Assembly (NCBI GenBank): GCA_001949185.1
Contig: BDGG01000005.1
Coordinates: 2,035,249-2,099,248 of the forward strand
DNA from: Ramazzottius varieornatus
Lineage: Eukaryota; Animalia; Tardigrada
DNA length: 64,000 bases
Direction of reading: 5' to 3'
The notes beneath the pieces were generated by a model that was given only the letters and a program-made list of their open reading frames with translations, did no database searches and had not been told where the DNA came from. This document shows, in pieces, positions 51,381-62,904 of this stretch. Positions within the stretch are counted from its first letter, which is position 1. Every line of letters starts with the position of its first letter. A program made the translations under genes and the position numbers.

Positions 51381-51581
51381 ATGACTCGAGGAAATCAGCG
51401 GGAGCTTGCTCGGGGTAAGGAGGCGAAGAAGCAGGCAGAAACCAGCAAGAAAATTCCAGCTGGGGAGAGAGAAGCGAATAAAGGCTTAACTCTGGAAATG
51501 CGAAAGCAGCGCGACGCGGAAGCCCTGAAGAAAAAACAGGAAGCTAAAGCTGCAAATTCTGGAGGCGATTGCGGGAAATAA
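51381..51581 (+). CDS. SERF: Small EDRK-rich factor (4F5 family)
   Basis: MTRGNQRELAR...GLTLEMRKQRDAEALKKKQ. Confidence 0.9.
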   Translation: MTRGNQRELARGKEAKKQAETSKKIPAGEREANKGLTLEMRKQRDAEALKKKQEAKAANSGGDCGK

Positions 51582-52086
51582 CCCTTTCTCGATAACCCAC
51601 GATTTAGACTAGGGAAAGATGACAGCAAACTATTCATGTGTCTTACGCGGAAGCTGAAAGATTAGTTCGCCCACTTCCGTCTGTTCTTTGGGTAGACCAC
51701 CAAGTCTTTTGACTGCTGGAATCCTCTTCTCAAAAACTATAATCGCTTTTTTACCTTCAGAAAGTACGGCTGTTCGTTTTTACTCGATACCACGTGATCA
51801 GGTATATCTCGGTTCGTTTCAAGAAATCATTTGTGAGATCCCAGTTCAGTTCGCGCACCTCGAGCGTCGTAGTATTCCGCAAGTGCAAAAACTTGTAAAA
51901 AGAAGATACAGTAGTTAGCTGCACTATAAAAAAAGACTGAAAAGTAAGAAGAGTATCCAACACTGTAGCATTCTTGAGTCAAAAACCATTACCTGACGGA
52001 CTTTAGTAAGAATAAAATATGAAACGAATAGTGTACAGTACTAAACACGAGATCCAACAGTGCCCACCTCAAATGGCGCAGTCTGC

Positions 52087-54109
52087 CTACCATCCGAACG
52101 AAGATTTTTCGCGAATAATCTTTATTCCAGTTCGAATCCATTCCTACAAAAGGACACAAGAATACTGCACTGCACGAAGAACCAATTAGTTTTCTGAGAT
52201 GAAGCTATTTTTTTCCTGGACAGCGACTTCCAGCTTACCTCTTTCGTAATCCACAAGTACTGGACGGTCTCCAGTGCGGCCATGACCGAAGCCCCTTTGA
52301 CCGCGTGAAGATCCCCGGGAATTTCGCGCGAGTTCGTAATCACATTCAGGTCCGTTCCCGCAGGCACCACTTCTTCCAGTCGTTTCGTCAGGAAGTCCAG
52401 CGCACCCGGAAACAGCACCAGTCCTCCACCCACCACCAGGATGTTTTTCAGCATTCTCTTCTGCTGTTCTTCAGTCGCGCACCTCGATATACTCCAGTAT
52501 ATCGCTTCATGCAGTTTCATGATCTTCATCGTATCCAAATCAGCCTTCTCTTCTGGAATGTTGTTCTCAGGAATGGTATCGAAAATATTTTCTGGATTTA
52601 TGGTCGTATCTGCTTCTGTATTCTCAGGTTTGGCTGTGGTTGGTTTCTTCGTCGCCGGTCTCTTCGCTCGGCCTTCAGTGCCGCTAACATCGTCGTACGA
52701 TCCAGGGTAATACTGAAATGTGAAGGTTTGTTGTGTATTGGGAGGAAAACTAACCAGGCCTTCTTGGAACAAAGCTAGACCAGGAAAGCGACAAAAGTCA
52801 TGAGGCAGTTTCATCACGAGAGATTCCTCTCTATCAGGCGACGGTAAGCCCACATCGATGTCATTCGAGCCACTTTGAGTGAAGTCAAAGTGAACCAACG
52901 CTTTCTTGATAGCGTCCATCTTGAACCAGTCTGTCATGCTGGCGATCTTCAGGTTGAACGAACGGACCTTCTGCTGGAGGTACCAGTTGGTGAGTCGTGT
53001 GATGTCGTCTCCACCACAGTGCATCAGGAGTCGTGTCTCGGCCAGGGAGATCCCATCATCCACGCAGGAAACGACGGTCTTTTCGGCGCCCACATCCACG
53101 ACGCACGCGGAGGGGATGCAGGCACCAAACATGGAGGCCACGTTTTCGAGAACAACGAAGACGGCGAAGAAATCGAGGTTGGTCAAGAGTATTTCGACCA
53201 GGGAGCGAACGTCCTCGCGGTTGTAAATGTCGGGGATAACGAGAACCGCGCGATGGCTACCACGAAGCTTCCTCGTGATGCCCAGCTCGTTCGTCAGAAC
53301 CTGCAAGGAACGGATTTCGGATTTCTGTATATCGTTCCATAATTGTGATCTGACTCATCTGAGCAAAAGAACTAGGCAAGATTGCTTCCAAGTGGCGCAC
53401 GCTTTCGGCCAGTAACACTGGCATCGCGCGCCATTTGGGAAAACAGTCTTGTTAAGTTTGTTTGCCGAGCTTCCATATTGTTCGAAGACTAACCCAGTCC
53501 CAGATATTCTCGATATCGGTCGCTACAGCAGATCTTGAGCCTCCCGGTCCATCATGCAGATTGAAGTGTCCGTACCTATTTCGAAGAAACACACTTCGTC
53601 AAACGAAGTCAGGGTAATGTTCTGAGGAGGTTAACTAGTTAATCGTACCGTATTGGCCATGACAGAACGAAATTCGAGTGAAGTGCACCGACGTCCAACG
53701 CTTCGTTCCCCACGACATACTCCTTCGTAACGGGCGTCGTTTCTTCACTTTCCTTCGCGTCAAAAGAACAATAAGTCCTACCAAGAGTCTTTTCTTCCTT
53801 CGAGTTACCTTTGAGCCAAGTCTCGGCGGACGCTGCGGCTTGCTTGAAATCGGTAGTGGAAGCGACTGAGTCAAGGCTTCGGAATACTTCACTAGAGCTT
53901 GAGGCACGGCTGACAGATGCTTGTCCATTCGTCAAACGTTGCTTTCGAGCGATGCAATGAGACTGGACGACGGCCTCGGTATCAGATGGGCGCAGTATCC
54001 GAAGGTAACGAGAGCCGGGGTGGATGATGACTGTCCGGCTAAGCTGATCCTCCAGATCGTCTCCGGTAACAGGCTGCAGCTTGGTCACGTACTTCTTCGC
54101 TCGCGGCAT
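52087..54109 (-). CDS. ACTR8: Actin-related protein 8 (INO80 complex)
   Basis: VIIHPGSRYLRI, WPIRYGHFNLHDGPGGS, AVLVIPDIYNR, ACVVDVGAEKTVVSCVDDGIS and final exon EWIRTGIKIIREKSSFGW. Confidence 0.88.
53352..53474. mobile_element. Palindromic element family A (ARP8 intron)
   Basis: Core plus right arm GTTTGTTTGCCGAGCTTCC. Confidence 0.8.
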
Positions 54110-54867
54110 GGTGGAGCCGATGATACCTTCGTTTGACAAAAGATGGAGCAACCCCTTTCGCCCACAGAGTCTGAAATCTGGACGAAATTGAAGAACTTCG
54201 TTGCAGAAAACAAAAAAAAGCACAACAAACTGGTAAGTAACACCGCGCGGCCTACCATGACGCATAGACACCACAGGTCTGGCAACCGTTCTCTGTCACG
54301 CTGGATTGCCCATATCAAGCCATAAACGCAATCTCCCTGATGTAGCCCGGAAACGGTCTGGACCAGTGGTTCCAAACCCTCACCCATTGGAACGGAGAGG
54401 AATTCCTGGAAAGGAACGGAATATGGAAAGGAATGGACCTTGCAATGCACAACCTTAGGTGGACGGGTGATTTATTCAGCCGAATATCGAAAATCACGGA
54501 ACTGCCACTTACGACGCGTCAAGGACCGGTACAACGGGCAATCTTATCATCAGTACGCGAATTCTACCTCTAATGAACAAGAGACCTGGTGTTCGAACGA
54601 CATTCGGAACGGTTGTCTTAGCTGTCTAAATCAGCCTAATTACGCCGAACGTAAAGTATGGAGCACTTGCATGGCGTTTTCGCGAAGAACTTTCGTTTCA
54701 ATCGAGGAAACATTGGCAGTGTCAAAGATGGAAAAGCGGTAAGAACTTTGCCACCAGTCTAGATTTCAGAGGATGTGAGAAGTATAGCATCAATGTGAAC
54801 TGCACAGTGAAAAAGTCGCATCTTTTCTGCCCTGTCGGGGACTACCGCGCATCACAGTATTACGTTA

Positions 54868-55113
54868 CTATTTTCTCGTACGAGAGCCGCTGATGTACAG
54901 AACATTGTTTCCACGGATGAAGGCATCGCCATACTTCTTCTTCAGCTGACCATTAACGTACTCCTCTGTCTGTTCCAGTGCGATGTTCATGTACCCATCT
55001 AAGCACGACAGCAGTCCACGGTAATCAACTCCTGAGTTCAGCTTGACCACGACAGGACGTCCAGCCAGCTCCTTCAAGAAATCGCTTGGATTGGTGCGCG
55101 GAGGTGCAGCCAT
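54868..55113 (-). CDS. LSM6: U6 snRNA-associated Sm-like protein LSm6
   Basis: PSDFLK..GRPVVVKLNSGVDYRGLLSCLDGYMNIALEQTEEYVNGQLKKKYGDAFIRGNNVLYIS. Confidence 0.95.
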   Translation of the reverse strand: MAAPPRTNPSDFLKELAGRPVVVKLNSGVDYRGLLSCLDGYMNIALEQTEEYVNGQLKKKYGDAFIRGNNVLYISGSRTRK

Positions 55114-56240
55114 TTTTATGGACCGGTTTAGGACGCTTGACGAAGGATGGCAGCGTGACACTTGTTCGAGTTCCGATGGCGATGTACAACCTGCGGAGGA
55201 CAAAAAGTACCACAGCGATCGTAAGTGTGGAGTGCGGGACTGCAGCAGGGGAATCAGCACAGAGATGGACGAATCTCTGAGGAATGGGAATGATGAAAAT
55301 TCCGGAAAATTTTGATAAAAAACCCAAACAAATCAACTTTGCTGGCAATCAATCTCAGAGCACAAGTGAAAATTCACGTGGGCCGGTCGTACGGGGTTAG
55401 ATGACATTACAGCCTTACAACTGTATGTCTCTGTGACGCTTGGTATTATAGCGAGCGCTGTCGTAATTCTTTTGTTTTGTTCTACACAGTACACACTACA
55501 GATGCCGTATTTCGAATTTTCGTTCGAGAGCGAGAGTGGTCAATCAGTGGAAGCAAAATTCTGGCGGAGACACACCGGTTACCGCCGACCGGAGATCCTG
55601 AGCTGACTGTGAATGAAGAGCTGCTGTTGCATTGTTGGAGTCAGCTGTCGGAACGAGACATTATAGAGATAAAGTTGCCACTTCTGTTCACTTTGCAACT
55701 GTAGCTACGGCCTCGCTCCGCCCCTTTCGTGACGTATAACTACATTTTGCTTTTTGGCGCTCCCCTTGTTTCCGAAAAATAGCGTAATCGGAGTTACGGT
55801 TGGCTAGCATTGGGAAGCATAGTGGCTGCCCAACTATTCAAAGTTCTGATCAGCGGCTGCGCTTATGAGTGACGTTGCAACTCATCTTAGCTACAGTGGA
55901 ACTTTCATCTGGCGGTGGCAACTTAATGTCTGTATTGTACGCAGGTCACTGCAAGCTGGCGGTCTGCGAGCTCGAGTTGAGTCTTCATCGACCGCGAAGT
56001 ACTCTAAGCGCATAGTTTCAAACGCTGGTGCTTGTAGCGACGCACAGACAGAGCATATTGTTCATGGTTTCCCACGAGCGTGGTATGGTGCTTGGTAGTC
56101 GTCTAGTTGGATTGAACGATTTTATACTTCATCTGTGCTTCATTTGATGGTGTGAGACGTGACTCTTCTTGCGATCCTGTGCACGCTGAGCTCATCTTGC
56201 GAAACCTTGATCCTACACGTTCTTAGCCACAATCTGCAAG

Positions 56241-58071
56241 ATGACGCGAGAAGGAAGCATAAAGGTATCTCCGGCACTGGGTACTCCGACTGTACGAGAA
56301 GTCTATCCATTTGATCCGGAGGACGATGCAAGAACTCTACACAAAGCCATGAAAGGGTTCGGTAAGCGATCTACAATGCTTTGCTTCGCTCATACCCCAT
56401 GTTTTATCCCATGTTTTATCTCCTCACTGAAACGGTTTCTCTTCTTAGGAACCGACGAAATAGCCATCATAGGACTACTGACCACTCGTACGAATAACCA
56501 GCGCCAGATCATTGCGAATTTCTACCGCGACCTGTTTGACAAGGTATAGTTTTACTGTGTGAGCCATCGAGATAAGGCTGGAGCTCTTTATTGTTACTGA
56601 CTCGCTGGTCATTCCAGGATCTAACAAAGGATTTGCAAGGCGAGCTTAGTGGAACGCTGCGAGATGTTGTTGTGGCGCTTATGCAAACACCGGAAGTTGC
56701 TGACGCTCACTACATTCACAACGCAATCGCGGTATGACTGTGTTCGCCATCAAAAAAACCTTGCCACCAGGACACAAAGAAAAGCCAGTTTGAGATTTTA
56801 TGACCGTGCTTGACGAACCATGCAGCGATCATTATGGACCAGCCGTATGCATTGCTCATGATGGCTAAATATCGTGGGAGGTTTACGGCCATTTTATCAG
56901 GGCCGTACGTGCCATGACCGTATTATCATAAAAGATAATGCGTGGAGCTCGGTCAGGGCAATTTGTAAACACTTGATTCTCATGGATATTTTTACTGTAG
57001 GGTTTTGGAACAGATGAGGAAACGCTGATCGAGATACTGTGCTCTCGCTCCAACGCGGAAATTCGAGCTTTACGACAAGCCTACGAAGAAAGTGAGCAGA
57101 CCGATAAAAAAGATTACTGCAAACCCGGCCAAATACTATCGTTTATTGAAATATGCCCAAATATTCACAGTTTATCGATGAATTTCATACCGGCTTGCTT
57201 ATGCTTGCAGTTTACAAAACAAGCCTGGAGAAAGATATCGAAGGAGACACGTCTGGGTTCTTCCGTCGGCTGTTGTTGGCCAAAGCGCGGGTACGTGCCT
57301 AACACAGTCTTCAATTAAGCGACGATGGTTGTTGAACATTCTTGAGCTCTTCGCAGGACTTCGGAGATGAGAGCAATGAAATCTTTCTGTACCAAGCGTA
57401 CCACGAAGCATTAGCCCTGTGGGAAGTGGGTCCGAAGAAGTGGGCAAAAGACGAGGCCTTCACCATTCCCATTTTCACTCGACGAACCCAGAGTCATTTG
57501 CGCCATGTCTTTGACGAGTACAAGAAAATCTGCGGTATCGATATCGAGAAAGGTATCAACACTCCACACAGAAAACTTGTTAAAGCATGTTTGTTTTTTT
57601 TGTGAACTGTTACTTCCCTTCTGTTGTAGATATCGAGAACGACCTATCAGGAGACGTCGCGGACTTTTTTCTCATTCTCAGTACGAACTCCGTATCGAGT
57701 TTTACTCGGTCCTTGAGCTGCTACCCGGCTAACTTGAGACTCGTACTTTTCAGTCCGGATAACGAAGAACCCACCTGCATACTTCGCCGAAAGGCTTTAC
57801 AAAGCAATGAAGGGTCTTGGGACCAAAGAAGCCACCGTAGTGCGCATAGTGGTTAGCCGAAGTGAGAACGACCTGGGCGAGATCAAGGCAGAATTCCAGC
57901 GTCAGTATGGCAAGTCACTCGAGTCCTTCATATCGGTACGTAACACAGATTTGCTCAAGCTTCAACTTTCCACTGAATTGTTCAAAATGCCCAGTATGAT
58001 GGTGAGTAATTTGACAGGGCGACTTTTCTGGAGATGCCAAAAAGATTTTACTGGCTTTAGTCGGAGAATGA
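56241..58071 (+). CDS. Annexin
   Basis: Four repeats: [32 protein letters not shown] and AMKGLGTKE. Confidence 0.92.
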
Positions 58072-58117
58072 AGCATGCTGTACAAAAGCAAATATTCTTC
58101 GATAGGCTTAGCTTCTT

Positions 58118-61100
58118 TTATGATCTTGACTTCCTAGCACTTTTCGAATGACCTTTTCTCCCTTCCGAACTTCTCGAGGAAATGGTAGAGTGGTCACTGT
58201 TCTTTACCGACATTGTGTCTTTTAACATGCTTGCCTTATCATCTGGCTTTTCTTGCACGATCGCTTTGGCCGGTTCTTCCGCAGTCCCATTCCCAATTAT
58301 TGTATTAAAGTTCGCTAGAAATTCTTGTATCCGTTTGTCCCGCGCCACTTGAAAAGGCGTTGGTTCGGGAAGCTTCAGCAGAGTTGAGGGCGAAGGCTCA
58401 GCCTCTGCCACTTCCGGCGGAACTGTTGCGTCGGTTTCATTCTTTACCGTCTTCCCTTCTTGAGCTGGCGAGTTAACTTCATTCGGAAGAACAGTTGTTA
58501 TAGGCATAAAGGCAACAGGTTTCACGTTCGGCGTCGAACCTGCAAAGCAGAAAGTAACGTAATTACTAGTCACTATTTAATCCTTCGGTTTGCCGTCAGT
58601 CAAGCGATCAGCTTACTTGCTAGCACTTCGTTGTTGTCAACGGCTAATTTGTGAGCTTTCTCGTTGTCCAGAATTTCACCGACATCTTGCATGATTTCTT
58701 GTACTATTCGAGCTTGTGAAGGCGTCATCAAACTTACATCGGAAGTTGGAGAGTGAAGATACGGTACTTTATGGGCAAACATGGAGTGAACGGCATTACT
58801 CAGAACCATGCTTGTATTCTCGTCCAGGTTTAGAGCTCGACTTGGTGTTCCCTCCAACTCGAGCTCCGAAATGTGCTCTAGTCGGTTCTGCAACCAAGCG
58901 TCGGTGTCCTTAACCTCCTCCTCTTTCATGACATACGTAGAACCTCGTCCAACTTGGGCCGCCATTTTTTTTACCGTCTCTGCCACCGCCTCAGACAAGT
59001 CTATGAGAGTCGACTAGTGGTCTCAGAATACACCAATTTTCAACGCGGTTTCACTCACCCGCATACAATTAGCTATATGCCTACTACGGCAGGCAGGTAT
59101 GCAAGTTTGTGCAAAACAATAACATTCCGCCTGCCAGTCTTCTGGTCATCAAAAAGAAGAGAAAACGTACCGTGAGGTGTAGCCGGTCGACCCCAGATGA
59201 TTTCTGGAGGATTGATGGACTTATAGAACAGTTTCTGTGAGCGCTGGTCGTGTTCGTTCTTCAGGTCCATTTGGCGAGCCACTTCCGCCTCGAACGTCTT
59301 TTCCTTTTCGGAGGCCTTGAAACACTTGTGGACAACTGGCGTCGGGACATTTCGGAACCTCTCGATAGTAATTTCAACCCGACTGTACATCTGCTCCAGC
59401 ATTTTTTTTATGCTTTCTTCGGGGTGGTCGAAGTTCCGTCGGAAGTAGCGGAAGATCTGGTCGCGCAGAACCCTGATGGGCCGCCGTAACTTTTCGCGGG
59501 AAAATTCACCGGTCTCGTACCTGGCATTATCCGCTCGAAGCGAAGCAATGTTTTCCTTCAACATTTTGATCTGCAAAATATGCCGCGTTATTTGACACAT
59601 TAAGAAGAAGACTGCGCCCAAGAAAGTGGAGGTAAACTGTGAGTTAGTTCTGAGAAGATCTTGGCGCGACGTTCGTACCATTAGTCTACTATTACCAGAG
59701 AGCGTAGATTATACTCTGCTATTACTACATTACCATCTGCGCAAATAACTGTCGAGAACTGACCGGTTCATGAGTCGAGCTAATGTGAACCAGATGCTAC
59801 TGAACTTCATAGCTTTACGCAAAACTTAACGAAAACTCAAAATTTTGGATAATCAGAATGGCGAATAATAAGAATGAATTTTTCTTTCTTTTACTCCGCG
59901 GTGAATTACAACGTCAAGATACCATTGTGTCTAGATTACCACACCCATACCCCAGCAATCAAGTTGGGTTCTACTGGACAGACGATGGTACGTACCGGTT
60001 CCTTACCTCTTCCTGGATTTTCTGGCACTCATGCTCCATTGCTTCGTTATGCTTCACCGCAGAGCTTCCTTCCAAGCCGATCTTTGCCTGAAGGTCCCTG
60101 CTTTCGTATCTGAGCTCGCCCATCGCTTCACAAGCTCGGTCACTCTTGGCCTGCAGTTGTTCCAAATACGGGAAGATCTCATTTGGTTTTGTGAGCAGTA
60201 AAGGCGGAACGTTTTCTCGAGCTTCCGCCTCCGAGTCATCGCTGTCCGAAGGGTACTCCACCCTGCTCTCCTCACTCAGACTTTTATAGACCTATCAAAA
60301 TGAAAACTTATTCTACCAGATATTTCTCTCCTAATATCCAGCCCGAGAAGGATGGAATTACAGCAGTTCGGCGAACAAACTCGACCAGATCGTTTTTTCC
60401 AAGTGGCGCACGCCTTCAGCTCAAAACACTGAAAACATTCGCCGCTTGGGAGGGAGATCTGGTTGAATTTGTTTGCCGAACTCTTACAGAATATCTTTGG
60501 GTTACTTTTAAGATATCTCGGACAGCCGTGAAGTTCGCTGGGTCTTCCGCCTTGTTTCCCGTACCTCCGTACTTATGCTTTTCATAATACGACTTTGAAA
60601 GCTCGCTCCTATTTTCTTCCGGAATCACTCTATAAACCGCATTGATAAACCTATCCACTAGATGAATTTGTTGTTCCCGTCTAAGGTTGTGACAAAGCAA
60701 CAGGTTGTTGTCGGCCCGTAGGTCGTCCAGAAGTCCCAACATCTCCACGCAGTTAGCTTTCATGACGTCAGCATGGTGGATGGCGTCGATGGTCATCTGG
60801 TCGCTCTCGCGTAACAACTTCTCAGACTCGAGAGTGGTTTCGTTACTCTGCTGAGCAATGGTGTCCATCTCGGCTTCACGAGTGGCGATGAGCTCCTGCA
60901 GATCTGCCACTTTCTTCTTGCCCACCGCTAGACGGGTCTCCTTCCGGTTGAGGTTACGGTTGCGTGTAATCATGGACAGCTTGCGGTTCACCTGCATGCG
61001 ACGATCGCGACGTGCGGTTATGAGATACTGTGCCTCGGAAAAGACCGGTAGTCCCTTGTTAGGAATATCCATCTACAAACGACTCTGATGACAACCCCCT

Positions 61101-62338
61101 CTGATGACTCTGATAATATCAAAGTTGCTTAATTAGGCATTCAGTACGGAAATCTAGTCAGATAACTGGGAGCTCGGCAAACAAACTCAACAACATCGTT
61201 TCTCAAGTAGCGCAGCCTGTCAGCTAGTAACACTGAAAGCGTGCGTCACTTGAGGAAGACATTGTCGAGCTTGATTGCAGAAGTGGCGAGAAACAAAATT
61301 GTCTTCACGGGCACGTTGAGAGATGGGCCTTCTGACCTACTGATACGACATTCTCCACCGGTTCATAGTTCTCCACCCGAATTCCCGACAAGAGCGCCGG
61401 ATTGTTCCTCGCAGCCTTGAACCGTTGGACCATCGCCCTTTGGTCAAAATTCAACACGGGAATCTTGAACTGCTTGTCCCCTAAATGAATTAGCTCGGTC
61501 TGAATCTTGTTGGAACCCAGCGCCGGAAGTGTGATGCGCTGCAACTGCCGGTTCTTCTTCACGAACTCCCCTATCTCTTTCAAACTAGATGATTCCAACA
61601 CCATATACGGTTTCTTATTCTGTGCTTTATGCTTAACTTCGGAACTGGGTCTGTTAGTACGATCAGGTGACTCTGATAGCCGGTCAACGTCAACATCGGT
61701 CCCGATGCGATGCTTCGCTGCTAGATCCCGGACGAATACTGGGGTTGGTCGATGGTGCTTCCTGTAGTAGTAGTGTCTGTCTTTGGAAGACTGGTGCAGG
61801 AATGAACGACGAGTGCGGGTGTTTCTTCGACCCTTAGGAGTGTGAACGGTAGGGCTCACTACGCTGATCTTCTCCCGCTGTGTAGGGATGAAGGTGTCTT
61901 TCCGTGACGGGTGGCCTATTTTCGCTTCGTTATGGAGGGCTTGGAGAAGGTGAGTGGTGATGAGTTCGTAGCTGTTCTTCTGCCGGGCTTTCTTGAAAGA
62001 GAGCCGTCTTTGTTCTCGGTCGAGGTCGAAGCGAATGAGTGGCTCGGCCGGAGGAAGTGGGGAAGGTACGTCGAAATTCTTGGTCACTTCCGGTTCGGCA
62101 ACTGTCTTCTTTACCTGCAACCATTTTTCTACACCAAATACTGAAAAGCAGAAATCTGCAATGTAAAGAATCCAACAAAACGGTGGACTATGAAGGGGGA
62201 AGTTTTGCATACGTGGAGGAATGCCTGTCGGACTTCGGAAGAGACCGCTGCAAGAAGTCCTTCAACCGTACGGGGTGCCGTCATGGTCTGGGCTGGCTCC
62301 GTCATATCGACCAGGGCGTGGTCCTGCTTGATATCCAT
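58118..62338 (-). CDS. Coiled-coil protein, weakly CFAP100/CCDC38-like (may be more than one gene)
   Basis: Series of long minus-strand coiled-coil exons with canonical splice sites; [19 protein letters not shown] resembles the CFAP100 YFxxPxxL motif. Confidence 0.5.
60362..60485. mobile_element. Palindromic element family A (coiled-coil gene intron)
   Basis: GTTCGGCGAACAAACTCGACCAGATC..GATCTGGTTGAATTTGTTTGCCGAAC. Confidence 0.85.
61168..61288. mobile_element. Palindromic element family A (coiled-coil gene intron)
   Basis: GGGAGCTCGGCAAACAAACTC arm; CTCAAGTAGCGCA..TGCGTCACTTGAG. Confidence 0.82.
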
Positions 62339-62904
62339 TTCCTCAACGGTCCAAAACGATCAAGCTGTTACCCGTCAATACCGCAGTGCAAAATTAGAAC
62401 AAGTTAGGAAGCAGGATGTTTGCTCATCAGGACCGACTGTTTCCATAGCTCTTCGCTCAATTCGGCCAAAATACCCACAAAACAAGCAAGCTGCTAAAGA
62501 CGACAGCGACCTCCGCATCAAGAGCCTCCGCTCGGTAGGATTTGTAGTGATGTCATGCTGGTACCCCAACCTGCCGCCCATGCACTGACACCAGTACTGC
62601 CAAGAATCGGTATTCGGTGAATTAGTCAATTTTCCCACCCTTCCTGTAAAGCAAGAAGAACGCCTCTGTCGTATTGAATAGGCAAAATACACATGTTGTG
62701 ACACCTTTGATAGCGATCGACAGATGCAAAGTCCAACGAACGTATGCGGATGCACTGAAACTCAGAAAAGCAGCAAAAGGTTTCCTGGTGTTACCCTATC
62801 TGTTTCCAAATCCCCATAATTTCAACATCATTGTTATTATCAAAGATATATTCGCCTTGGACGCTGTTTACAAACGTCATTTGTACCTTGTGCAATCTGT
62901 CAAA

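Noticed and set aside
54085-54742. tRNA, rRNA or snRNA gene between ARP8 and LSm6, or elsewhere in the window
   Set aside because: No cloverleaf or recognisable structural RNA sequence found by eye; an Infernal/Rfam scan would be needed to exclude one.
56796-56933. Possible degenerate inverted repeat in an annexin intron
   Set aside because: Only short terminal matches (TTTTATGA/TCATAAAA, GCCGTA/TACGGC); not convincing by eye.
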